Source: Candidatus Fermentibacterota bacterium (lineage in GTDB: Bacteria > Fermentibacterota > Fermentibacteria > Fermentibacterales > JCC-6). Taken from it: DNA of 64,000 nucleotides. A program made the translations under genes and the position numbers. Below, in pieces: positions 44,842 through 54,218 of this stretch (the first letter of the stretch is position 1; each line of letters starts with the position of its first letter). The notes under the pieces are model-generated. The model worked only from the letters and a program-made list of their open reading frames with translations, made no database searches and was not told the origin of the DNA. Location of the stretch: assembly GCA_963845085.1 (NCBI GenBank), contig CAWJQI010000005.1, positions 813,604-877,603 of the forward strand. Direction: 5' to 3'.

Positions 44842-45104
44842 ATACCAAGCTTCTTGAACATGTCCTCCGCATTCTCGCAGAGAACAAGACCTTCACCGGA
44901 ATCGGTTTCATCCATCGTTCTCCTGGTAAGAGACGACGGTACAACCACATCAAAAGGCAGGCCGTTATTCATCTCTATCTGTTTGTAGTACAGTGTAATG
45001 GCTTGAGTTGTGGATAAGCCCAGACTCTGAAGGATTTCCTCTGCTTTTTCTTTAAGACTTGGTTCAAGCCTTGCTCTTACAGTAGCCGTCTTGCTCACAT
45101 TCAC
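44838..45104 (-). CDS. dinJ: antitoxin DinJ (RelB/DinJ family)
   Basis: 88 aa. N-terminal ribbon-helix-helix-like TVRARLEPSLKEKAEEILQSLGLSTTQAITLYYKQI. Immediately upstream of yafQ. Confidence 0.75.
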   Translation of the reverse strand: MNVSKTATVRARLEPSLKEKAEEILQSLGLSTTQAITLYYKQIEMNNGLPFDVVVPSSLTRRTMDETDSGEGLVLCENAEDMFKKLGI

Positions 45105-45175
45105 CTCGCTCTCATTTCGAATGTAGCTCGGTTAGGCTACATAGTCAAGCGATATAATCCGCACAACAAAGGTTG

Positions 45176-46267
45176 TTACTGCAATTCCATCATGTACACC
45201 AGAGGGTATAGCTCCGGGTTTTCAGGAAATGCAAGTATTCCCTCCCTGCCGACATGGAACCGCCAACGGTCACACTCCTGCCAGTCCGGCAGGCGCACGG
45301 TGCAGGTGAATGCGCGACTGCCTTCGGAGTCGAAAACATCGAATACCGGGTTCAGGTAGTCGCCTCTCAGAACCCAGAGCCTGCCTTCGCCGTCCATACC
45401 CATGCAGTCCACCATACAGAAGCACTCTGGCACCGTTATGGTAAAATCGACCGGGTTTCCGGTGGACCTGGTCCACATCGAATCGATGTACTCCATTTCA
45501 TCCTGAATCATTTCAGGTGGTTTCGGCTGCATGTGAACATCGGGAAGACGCATTTCCGTGATCAACTCCCCCTGAGTGGTGTAACCCTCGATCAGGTATT
45601 CATCAGCAACAGCTGCAGAAACGTAAACAATGCCGTCTGTTCCGGCTGATACAATGAAGTCGGCACCAAAAATGATCGGGTAGTGGGGGACAGTATTCTG
45701 GCAGAGGATCCTTTCAAGTGTGCCATCCCCTTCAAGCATCACCACCGCCTGCGTTACGGAATCCGAGTGATCCGGCATCAGGAACACTCCACAGAATTGT
45801 TCTCCCTGTACCGGGACGACCATGTGTGAAATCCCGTAGCCTGGGTCTTGAAGCTGAACCTCTCTTACGAAGCCCAGGGTATCGTCAAAAAGTACGACCT
45901 TTCTTTCCATTGCCCCGGCCTGAAGCCAGAATCCCCCCGTATTCGCGGGCACAACAAGCTTAACGTTCTGAAACTCGCCCGGACCGTTGCCGGCCAGCTG
46001 CCGCTGATGAAGACATTCACCAAGAGGAGAGAACATGAAGACTGTTTTCCGGGCTGCGTCGAGGACGACAAGATTTCCGTTGTCAATAATGCAGGCGGAA
46101 ATAACCGATCCAAACACAACCGGACCGGTTTCCGTACCAATTGAATCAATGACCGCAAGCTCCCGTTCCATCATCATGGAGGCCTGCTCTTGGTCGGCGC
46201 AGGCAAGAAGGCACATGATAAGAACAGGCAACAATTTGGCCGTTACTACAACTTGTGTCACGGACAT
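45176..46267 (-). CDS. six-bladed beta-propeller-like lipoprotein, unknown function
   Basis: ORF 45176..46309. Start moved to the ATG at 46267 (GAGAAGG RBS, lipobox LLAC). Low-GC island. Immediately downstream of the Cys-rich peptide ORF. Confidence 0.55.
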   Translation of the reverse strand: MSVTQVVVTAKLLPVLIMCLLACADQEQASMMMERELAVIDSIGTETGPVVFGSVISACIIDNGNLVVLDAARKTVFMFSPLGECLHQRQLAGNGPGEFQNVKLVVPANTGGFWLQAGAMERKVVLFDDTLGFVREVQLQDPGYGISHMVVPVQGEQFCGVFLMPDHSDSVTQAVVMLEGDGTLERILCQNTVPHYPIIFGADFIVSAGTDGIVYVSAAVADEYLIEGYTTQGELITEMRLPDVHMQPKPPEMIQDEMEYIDSMWTRSTGNPVDFTITVPECFCMVDCMGMDGEGRLWVLRGDYLNPVFDVFDSEGSRAFTCTVRLPDWQECDRWRFHVGREGILAFPENPELYPLVYMMELQ

Positions 46268-46333
46268 CACCTTCTCGTTATTGCGGTTGACATGAACTGC
46301 CGGCGCCACGCGTCAATCCCGTTACAGGAATTG

Positions 46334-46471
46334 TTAGAACTGCAGACAGAGATCGAACGGGAGGCACCAGAACGGCTCCGAGCACTGGAAAATCATGCTG
46401 CACTTGTGCCAACCACAGATCTGCTTGTTCGCCTGAAAAACGGGAACCGTTGTTCCAACAAAGATTTCCAT
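46334..46471 (-). CDS. candidate Cys-rich precursor peptide (45 aa)
   Basis: MEIFVGTTVPVFQANKQICGWHKCSMIFQCSEPFWCLPFDLCLQF. Not in the ORF track (<60 aa). ATG with AAAGGG 8 nt upstream. 5 Cys with hexad periodicity. Lies between the rSAM/SPASM gene and the beta-propeller lipoprotein gene, on the same strand. Confidence 0.45.
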   Translation of the reverse strand: MEIFVGTTVPVFQANKQICGWHKCSMIFQCSEPFWCLPFDLCLQF

Positions 46472-46652
46472 TTGTGTTGCCCTTTCTATGTCAGGTTTGG
46501 ACACAGGCCATAGTTACCGCAGTCAAACTCACCGCCGCACGAAAATGTCAGGCTGCATGCAAGAGCGTTGCACTGCTGTTTACCGATACCCCCCACGAGG
46601 GGAACACTTGATGAGACAATGACCTCCAAGGCAATCTCCCTTCAGAAGGACA

Positions 46653-47921
46653 CTATGGATGCTGTTCTTTGCTGCGCACATGCAGGTAATACTTCTCTCT
46701 AATGAATTGCTCGTATGAGGATTCGGAGAACAGGCAATCGGGTTCGGTTCCAAACACGTGGTTGTACGGGCAACCACCAGCACAGGCTGGAAGCATTTTG
46801 CAGTCATAGCACGTGCTGGAATTGTTATAGGGATTGAAGGCATCCCATTTCGCATGCGTCATTACAATGCTTCGGACATCAAGGCCATAAGGCATTTCAT
46901 ATCTTTGTGTTTCGTTGGATGCAACTTCTCGCCAGCACTTCGCGATTCGGCCATCCGGCAGAACAACGATGCCGCTCATGTTCGTTGCAGTGCAGCCCGG
47001 CTGTCTTACCCCCAGGCAGTAGCGTGACATAGTGTCAGCTCCAACACATTTTGTAAGAATGTCACGATCTGGTTCGGCGCAACTATGTTTTGGGTAGTTT
47101 TTAATGGCTGCCGGGTATACATGCACCTGTGAATTGCTGCTGAACAGGTTTTTAACGTACTGAAAACTGCCTGCGGTCTCTGAATCAACATTCACGCGCA
47201 CGTTGATCCTCATGTGTTTTGATGCGCTGACAATGTTCCTAACCACAGTACGGTACGTTTCAATGCCACCGATCAATGGTCTGTTCCTGTTATGCCTTTC
47301 TGGAGGCCCATCCAGTGTGACCTGAGCAGATGTGACACCTATTTTAGATAATATTTTTGCTGTTGCTTCCTCAAGCAGGAACCCGTTAGATATAATTTGT
47401 GCCTGAAATTCGCATCCTTCGATTGAGTTCATTTCTTCCAGCAAAAAAATGCAAACATCCAGGTTGCAAAGCGGCTCACCCCCATAGAGAGTTATGAATG
47501 CGGCTTCTGAACCAAATTGCCTGCAGGCTTCGGCGATTGAGGATGCGGTCGCTTTGCTCATCGAAACCGGATCAAGACGCTTTTCGGTTTCGTAGCAGTA
47601 CCGACAATCGAAGTTGCATATTGTTGTCATTACTGCCGTTACTGCAAACGTTCCCTTGTGCTTCGCATTATCTGTAAGGATTCTTAGGTATTGCCTCTCA
47701 TCGAATGTTCCAGGTATCAGTGCGCCCATCTCGCAAAGTGTTTGGAACGTTTGCTCATCCTGGAAATGCAGGTCATCGGGACAAAGTGTCGATGACATCA
47801 CCTTCTCGAGCATTCCCCTCTTCCTGTCGTCGACCACTTTTACAAGCGCACCCGTGAAGCCGTTGTAAATAAGAAGGTAATCGCCCTCATCCAGCCACCA
47901 GTTGTACTGCGATAACTTCAT
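46653..47921 (-). CDS. radical SAM/SPASM-domain peptide-modifying enzyme (anSME-like maturase)
   Basis: ORF 46653..47954. The ATG at 47921 (MKLSQYNWW) with a GGAAG RBS is the likely start. CNFDCRYC radical-SAM cluster motif ~110 aa from the N-terminus (N-terminal extension). GGEPL motif. C-terminal CYDCKMLPACAGGC (CX2CX5CX3C SPASM). Confidence 0.8.
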   Translation of the reverse strand: MKLSQYNWWLDEGDYLLIYNGFTGALVKVVDDRKRGMLEKVMSSTLCPDDLHFQDEQTFQTLCEMGALIPGTFDERQYLRILTDNAKHKGTFAVTAVMTTICNFDCRYCYETEKRLDPVSMSKATASSIAEACRQFGSEAAFITLYGGEPLCNLDVCIFLLEEMNSIEGCEFQAQIISNGFLLEEATAKILSKIGVTSAQVTLDGPPERHNRNRPLIGGIETYRTVVRNIVSASKHMRINVRVNVDSETAGSFQYVKNLFSSNSQVHVYPAAIKNYPKHSCAEPDRDILTKCVGADTMSRYCLGVRQPGCTATNMSGIVVLPDGRIAKCWREVASNETQRYEMPYGLDVRSIVMTHAKWDAFNPYNNSSTCYDCKMLPACAGGCPYNHVFGTEPDCLFSESSYEQFIREKYYLHVRSKEQHP

Positions 47922-48222
47922 GCTTCCCTGGTTTCCCATCACAATACTGCACAATTTTGTTCGAGTAAATCAGGAGATAGCCCATTAGTTTCAGAAGCGC
48001 ATTTTCCGGTTGGTGCTCTCCCCCTCTTGGTGGCCGCAATGCTTGTCATTCCGAAGGTTCTTCAGCCTTTCCAGTACATCCTTTATTCCAAGTACGGCCC
48101 TGGGTCCACAATTTTCAAGTCAGCAATGAATCCACCCTTGCATGAGGATTCGCTCAACACCGCTCTCCCCTTCCGCTTGACATGCACCCGAGAAGCCCGA
48201 ATAGTGGCCACAGGGGTAGTAG

Positions 48223-50595
48223 ATGGATGCAGGGGGAAGGGGAATCGAGCTGAACAACGAAAACGCCGAACTCAAGCGGCGCGTTGCTTCCCTTGAAATG
48301 CAGCTTGGAGAACTTCAGGCCGATCATCGCCGGCTGCTTGAAGTTGAATCCATTCTTGACAGGCTTGCTGAACTCACCAGGGCCATCTTTTGGGAGACCG
48401 ACGCCGAAGGGCTGTTTACAAGGATAAACGACCTTTCGGAACTGGTCATCGGTTACAAACCGGATGAGATCATTGGAAAGATGCACTTCTTCGACCTGTT
48501 CCCCGAAGAGGGGCGCGAAGAGTTCCGCCGCACAAGCATGGAAGCCTTTGCGAGGAAGGATTCCTTCCGCAACGTTGGAAACCCTGTTGTGACGCGTGAT
48601 GGCCGCATTCGCTGGCTTGTCACCAACGGCGTTCCCCTTCTCAACCCTGACGGAAGCCTCAGAGGGTACAGGGGGCTGGATGTTGATATCACCGAGAGAA
48701 AGGCGTCCGAAGAGGCGCTTCTTGTGAAGAACTACGTTTTCGACGTCTCCATCGCCGCCAACAGCATCTCCGACACGAACGGGCTTGTGACTGAGGTCAA
48801 CGATGCGTTCCTTCGAACATGGGGATATCCGGACCGTTCAGCAGTGATAGGGAAGGCATTCACAGACTTCCTCGCGCATCCCGATGTGGCCGACGGTTTC
48901 CGGGAGAGGCTGCTGAGGGAAGAGCAGTGGGAGGGGGACTACGAGGCCAGACGGATGGACGGTTCCACCTTCATAGCCCACGGCCTTGCCACCACGTTGA
49001 GGGACAAGTCGGGAATGCACATCGGTTATCAGTCATCGGTGATAGACATTTCCGAAACAAAACAGGTCGAGGGCCAGCTCAGGGAGAGCGAGGCCAGGAA
49101 CACGGCCATCCTCAACGCACTTCCGGATCTGATGTTCCTTCTCGACAGCGAGGGCTTTTTCGTTGACTTTCATACAGCCAGTGATGCCCAGCTTCTCATG
49201 CCGCCCGAGTTCTTCCTCGGCAAACGCATCCAGGATGTTCTTCCCGATGAAATCTGGAGGCCGACAGTCGCCCGCATCCAGTCCCTGCGCAACGGGCAGG
49301 AGACAACGCCCTTCAAATACGAGGCAAAAATGGGCGATGACACCAGATACTTCGAAAGCAGGCTTGTCTCCTGCGGAGATGACCGTTTCATGTCCATCGT
49401 CCGGGACATCACCGATCTGCGTCTCGGAGAACTCGAGCAGGAAAAGCTTCACGCCCAACTCAGGCAGGCGCACAAGATGGAGTCGGTCGGCAGGCTCGCC
49501 GGCGGGGTTGCCCACGACTTCAACAACATGCTGAGCGTGATCCTTGGCCATGTCGAGATGGCCATGGAGAAAACACCTCCTTCACATCCTGTCATGGCCG
49601 ACCTGCTTGAGATTCTGCAGAGCACTGAACGTTCCGCGGAACTCACACGGCAGCTTCTTGCGTTCGCCCGCAGACAGTCCGTATCACCCAGAGTCCTTGA
49701 TCTCAACTCCACTTTGAACGGCATGCTGAACATGCTCCGAAGGCTCATCGGCGAGGACATCGAGCTTCGCTGGTTTCCTGGCGGCGACCTGTGGCCTGTG
49801 CTGGTCGATCCCCCACAGATGAGCCAGATGCTTGCAAACCTTTGCATAAATGCACGACAGGCTCTGTCCGGTACCGGCCGGATCACGATCAAGACCGGCA
49901 ACGTCACCCTCGAGGACGATTTTTGCAGGGAGCACCCGGGTTCCCGAAAGGGCGACCATGTTCTGCTGGTCATCAACGACAACGGCTGCGGGATGGACAG
50001 AGAGATCATCGACCACATCTTCGAACCCTTCTTCACAACAAGGCAGCCGGGGCAGGGAACGGGGCTCGGGCTTTCGATGGTGTACGGAATAGTGAAACAG
50101 AGCAACGGCTACATCGATGTGGAGAGCGAGCCCGGGAAGGGAACGGAATTCAGGGTCTACCTTCCCAGAAGCAGAACACCCGTTCAGCCGCTTCTTGAAT
50201 CCGTCGACACGTCCGTCAGGCAGCGCGGAAACGAGACCATACTGCTCGTGGAGGACGAAAAGTCCATTCTCGAGATGGCGGGCATAATGCTGGAAAACCT
50301 CGGCTACACGGTTCTCTACGCCTCAACACCATCAATGGCGCTTGAACTCGCAAGGGAAAACCAGGGCAGCATCCGTCTCCTGATTACCGACGTCATCATG
50401 CCGGAACTCAATGGGAGGGATCTGGCCTGGAACCTCAGGAGGATAATTCCCGGCCTGAAATGTCTGTTCATGTCGGGCTACACATCCAACGTGATTGCGC
50501 ACCATGGCGTTCTGGACGAGGGAGTGCACTTCATTCCCAAGCCCTTTACCTCGAAGAAGCTGGCCGCAAGCGTGAGGAATGCATTGGGCGGGTAG
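48223..50595 (+). CDS. hybrid sensor histidine kinase (coiled-coil, PAS domains, HisKA-HATPase, C-terminal receiver)
   Basis: [14 protein letters not shown]-box. G-box [10 protein letters not shown]-terminal REC domain ([13 protein letters not shown]...[12 protein letters not shown]). Confidence 0.8.
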   Translation: MDAGGRGIELNNENAELKRRVASLEMQLGELQADHRRLLEVESILDRLAELTRAIFWETDAEGLFTRINDLSELVIGYKPDEIIGKMHFFDLFPEEGREEFRRTSMEAFARKDSFRNVGNPVVTRDGRIRWLVTNGVPLLNPDGSLRGYRGLDVDITERKASEEALLVKNYVFDVSIAANSISDTNGLVTEVNDAFLRTWGYPDRSAVIGKAFTDFLAHPDVADGFRERLLREEQWEGDYEARRMDGSTFIAHGLATTLRDKSGMHIGYQSSVIDISETKQVEGQLRESEARNTAILNALPDLMFLLDSEGFFVDFHTASDAQLLMPPEFFLGKRIQDVLPDEIWRPTVARIQSLRNGQETTPFKYEAKMGDDTRYFESRLVSCGDDRFMSIVRDITDLRLGELEQEKLHAQLRQAHKMESVGRLAGGVAHDFNNMLSVILGHVEMAMEKTPPSHPVMADLLEILQSTERSAELTRQLLAFARRQSVSPRVLDLNSTLNGMLNMLRRLIGEDIELRWFPGGDLWPVLVDPPQMSQMLANLCINARQALSGTGRITIKTGNVTLEDDFCREHPGSRKGDHVLLVINDNGCGMDREIIDHIFEPFFTTRQPGQGTGLGLSMVYGIVKQSNGYIDVESEPGKGTEFRVYLPRSRTPVQPLLESVDTSVRQRGNETILLVEDEKSILEMAGIMLENLGYTVLYASTPSMALELARENQGSIRLLITDVIMPELNGRDLAWNLRRIIPGLKCLFMSGYTSNVIAHHGVLDEGVHFIPKPFTSKKLAASVRNALGG

Positions 50596-50753
50596 CCTCG
50601 CGTCAGTGCGAATACTTGGCGGGTTATTGACCCCGCCCGTCGGTCAACACTATCATTCTCAGCGGGAAAATGGTTTGTAGAGCTGCGCCGTCGGCCGGCA
50701 CTTGTGTCGCGCTCGTAACCGCGCATGCAGGCACTTCAGCAAGGGGGGAACGG

Positions 50754-51827
50754 ATGAAATCGGTTCTGCTTGTTCTTGTGGCTTTTGCAGCAATCCCCGG
50801 CGCCACTGTAATTGACCACACATGCACCGATCTTGAAAGTATTCCCGCCACCTGGATCGACCTTGTCCAGAGCACCATGAAAAGCCACTACGCGCACACC
50901 TCCCACGGCGGCCAGCTCACATACGGGCTGGAATTCGTCGAACAGGGCGATCCCGCATACGCCTATCTCGTCGGAAGCAGTTACCTGCCATCCTCATCGA
51001 CTGCTTACTGCGTCTTCGACGGTCAGGAGTCAGAAACCTACATCACCCCCGAGCTTTACTGGGAAAGTGCAGCGGGCATCCAGATGACAAGGGATGTTCT
51101 CAACCACAATCCAACCATCTGCACGTCGATGTGGAGCTGGTGCACCCAGTGCGACTACTACTCCCAGGAGCAGGTTCAGGACTACCTCGATGTGATGAGC
51201 CAGCTTGAAAGCGAGTTCCCCGACGTTACGTTCATCTACTTCACCGGCAACGCGCAGTCGGAGGGATCAAGCGGCTACAACAGACATTTGCGGAACGAGC
51301 AGATCCGGGCCTACTGCCAGAGCAACGACAAGGTTCTTTTCGACTTCGCCGACCTCGACTGCTGGTGGTTCAACCCGGCGACGCAGACCTGGGAGCAGAA
51401 CACCTACTCCTACGGGGGGAGCGCCGTCCCCTCCGAACACCCCCACTTCTCGGGCGACGAGTACGGCCATACAACAGCTGAGAGCTGCGAGCAAAAGGGC
51501 CGTGCGTGGTGGTACATGATGGCTTTGCTTGCCGGCTGGTCGGGAACGGGGATCTCGGGACCCGCTGAAGGTCTCCTCCCTGCCGCCGTGACCGTATCCC
51601 CCAACCCGTCATCCGGCGTTTCATGCATTACCGTCGATCTCGCTTCCTCCGGGCGGGTGCGCGTGAGCGTGCTCGATCTCGCGGGAAGGGTTGTATACGA
51701 GTCCGACTCCACGCTCGAGAAAGGCATGCACACGTTCCCCGTCGTTCTCGGGCAGAGCGGCGTCTTCCTTGTCTCTGTCGAAGCGGGTGCCGAACGGCAC
51801 ATTTCAAGGCTTGTCACACTGGAATGA
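50754..51827 (+). CDS. secreted protein with T9SS C-terminal sorting domain
   Basis: ORF 50670..51827. Start moved to the ATG at 50754 (AAGGGGGG RBS, signal peptide MKSVLLVLVAFAAIPGA). C-terminus VSPNPSSGVSCITVDL...VSVLDLAGRVVYES...GVFLVSVE...RLVTLE. Confidence 0.65.
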   Translation: MKSVLLVLVAFAAIPGATVIDHTCTDLESIPATWIDLVQSTMKSHYAHTSHGGQLTYGLEFVEQGDPAYAYLVGSSYLPSSSTAYCVFDGQESETYITPELYWESAAGIQMTRDVLNHNPTICTSMWSWCTQCDYYSQEQVQDYLDVMSQLESEFPDVTFIYFTGNAQSEGSSGYNRHLRNEQIRAYCQSNDKVLFDFADLDCWWFNPATQTWEQNTYSYGGSAVPSEHPHFSGDEYGHTTAESCEQKGRAWWYMMALLAGWSGTGISGPAEGLLPAAVTVSPNPSSGVSCITVDLASSGRVRVSVLDLAGRVVYESDSTLEKGMHTFPVVLGQSGVFLVSVEAGAERHISRLVTLE

Positions 51828-51911
51828 CATGATCCCGGGTTCCGGAAAAGAGCTTTTCGCCGGGAAAGACAGCCGCGGGGACTGCGGGTCCGATGTCCCT
51901 ATATTTCCGGG

Positions 51912-53951
51912 ATGAAAGGCTTGAAACGTTTGCCTTCGTTCCTCCGCCGATGGGAGACCATCTGCTTGCTGCTCGGAGTGGCTCTCCTCGCAGCGGCGCC
52001 CCTTCTCGAGGAACGCATGCAGGACGAAAGAGCATCCGGGATCATCTTCACAGCGGGGCTTCTTCTTACGATGGTGGCCTGCACAGCCCTTGCAGTACGC
52101 CTGCTCAGGCTTCTGGCAGGGCTTCTTTTCCACAGGGTGCGCAGCAGGATAATAGCCAACTATGTGCTCACCGGCGTGCTCCCGCTGCTGCTGGTGTTCA
52201 TGCTTGTAGCCTCGCTTTCCCATTTCTTCATGCTTCAGCTTGCCAGCACCCAGCTGAAACAGGCCATCGAACGAGAGTTTCTTCGCCTCGAGGCTGCGGC
52301 CGTCAGAAGCTCCTACCTCGTCAACGAGTCCACTGACACTCTGAGCGCCGAATGCCGAGGGTTCCTTGAACGCGAGTATGCAGGCTTCAGGCTTGCCGTG
52401 ACTGATTCATCGGGAACAGGTGACTCCCTCACAAGCCTGACTGTGGGAAGGTTACGCTACGTCCCGGCTTGCGATTCTCTTCAGGGATCGTTCCTTGTAA
52501 TGCAGGACACGGTTTTCCTGGCAGTGTCGGTTCCCGCGGGCGCATGTCCGGGCGGCAGACCCCTTGTGCTGGCGGTTCCGATACGGGGCAGGCTTCTCGA
52601 GGAGATTGAGCGCGAACTCGGCGGGAACTGCATGTTCTCCTACGGCACCGGCATCACCGATGAACAACCCGAGCCCGGGAGGGGTTCCCTAAACTTCCAG
52701 ATCAGCGCAGGACCCGAAGGCTCATCTGGCTTCAGCTTCACCCAGTCGTCGGATCTGGAACGCAGGGTAAACGAGTGGACAATGGCCCAGCCGGACGGGT
52801 TTCCCCACATCATCTCCTACTCCCTCAATGCAGGTTTCCTTGTGGATGATGAAGGCATGGCCAGCGAGGTGATGGTCCTCGGCCTGGTCAGCACAACGTA
52901 CACATTCGTTGCCGGAAGGATCATTCAGGGAGCGATTCCCGAGGACGTGCCCATGAAGAGGGTGTTCCTGTGGGGAGCGATCATTCTCGCCGCGATCTTC
53001 AGCGCGATCGAACTGGTTGCGCTCATAATCAGCCTGGTGCTCTCGCGCTCCATCACGAAAACCATCGCCCAGCTTCACAAAAAGGCGGATTGTGTGGCCA
53101 GGGGTGACTTTTCATACCGGATCAACTCGGAGCGGAAGGACCAGCTCGGCCTTCTCGCAAACTCGTTCGACAGAATGTCTGACTCGCTCGAGCTTCTTCT
53201 CGAACAGGTGAAGGAGAAGGAGAGGATCGAGCATGAGCTTGCCATAGCCCAGGAAGTGCAGCGGATTTTCTTCCCGAAGAGCTTCCCCGAGGTCAACGGG
53301 ATCAGCCTGCTCGGAAGGTGCCTGCCCGCCCGGATGGTCTCGGGTGACTACTACGACTGCATTCCCCACCAGGAGGGGATGATAGACTTCTTCATCGGCG
53401 ACATCAGCGGCAAGGGAATCTCGGCCGCGCTGCTCATGGCGGGCTCCCAGACTTTTCTGAGATCGGAGGCCGCAAGGCGCCCTCTTCCACCGGTAACCCG
53501 GATCGTGGAAAGCTTCAACAAGTACCTTGTCCAGTACAGCGCCGAGGGCAAGTTCTCGTCGCTCTTCTATGGAAGGCTCGATCCGGCGAAACGAACCCTC
53601 ACCTGCTGCAACGCGGGCCATCCCAGACCGTTCCTCTTCAGACGCGGTGTCGTGACCGAATTGACGGTGGGCGGCCTCATCCCGGGTGTGCTGCCAACAG
53701 CCCCCTACGGGGAGGAAACGATCCAGCTTGAAGAGGGGGACCTTCTTGTGGCATTTACGGACGGCTTTACCGAGGCATTCAACCCCGATGATCAGGAGTT
53801 CGGAGAGAAGCGCCTCTCGGATACGGTCGAAGCATATCTGAAGGAAAGCCTGGAAGGCATCTGCGACCATCTCGTCAAGACCATAGACAGCTGGTCGGCC
53901 GCCCGTGTCCAGGCCGATGACATGACGATCTTTCTTGTGAGGGTGGGATAA
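51912..53951 (+). CDS. membrane sensor with HAMP domain and PP2C-type (SpoIIE/RsbU-like) serine phosphatase domain
   Basis: TM segments. HAMP-like LSRSITKTIAQLHKKADCVARGDFSYRI. PP2C motifs (ELAIAQEVQ, GDYYD, FFIGDISGKGISAAL, DGFTEA). Confidence 0.75.
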   Translation: MKGLKRLPSFLRRWETICLLLGVALLAAAPLLEERMQDERASGIIFTAGLLLTMVACTALAVRLLRLLAGLLFHRVRSRIIANYVLTGVLPLLLVFMLVASLSHFFMLQLASTQLKQAIEREFLRLEAAAVRSSYLVNESTDTLSAECRGFLEREYAGFRLAVTDSSGTGDSLTSLTVGRLRYVPACDSLQGSFLVMQDTVFLAVSVPAGACPGGRPLVLAVPIRGRLLEEIERELGGNCMFSYGTGITDEQPEPGRGSLNFQISAGPEGSSGFSFTQSSDLERRVNEWTMAQPDGFPHIISYSLNAGFLVDDEGMASEVMVLGLVSTTYTFVAGRIIQGAIPEDVPMKRVFLWGAIILAAIFSAIELVALIISLVLSRSITKTIAQLHKKADCVARGDFSYRINSERKDQLGLLANSFDRMSDSLELLLEQVKEKERIEHELAIAQEVQRIFFPKSFPEVNGISLLGRCLPARMVSGDYYDCIPHQEGMIDFFIGDISGKGISAALLMAGSQTFLRSEAARRPLPPVTRIVESFNKYLVQYSAEGKFSSLFYGRLDPAKRTLTCCNAGHPRPFLFRRGVVTELTVGGLIPGVLPTAPYGEETIQLEEGDLLVAFTDGFTEAFNPDDQEFGEKRLSDTVEAYLKESLEGICDHLVKTIDSWSAARVQADDMTIFLVRVG

Positions 53952-54218
53952 GCGGGGCTTTCAAAACCTGCCGACAGCCCCGGCCAGGGTTCAGGTCATT
54001 TCCATGACCCTCGATGGAATCACGGGTGATCACAGCTCACAGCAGGCGGGTGAAGCCCCGCGTTCCGCAGATATTTGCCGTGATGCATGAAATCATTCCC
54101 GGGATAGCGCCGACCAGAACCCCTTCTTGACTCCCCCCGCAGTTGCCCGATAGTATCCCGCTGACAGCGGTTCTGCAAACATCATCCCGGGATGCCCCCC
54201 CTCTGAAAGGCGGATCAA

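Noticed and set aside
46190-46513. 107-aa plus-strand ORF overlapping the Cys-periodic peptide
   Set aside because: Same codon register but on the opposite strand. No RBS or motifs, and all neighbours are minus-strand. The Cys-periodic minus-strand reading with an RBS is preferred, though RNA-seq is needed.
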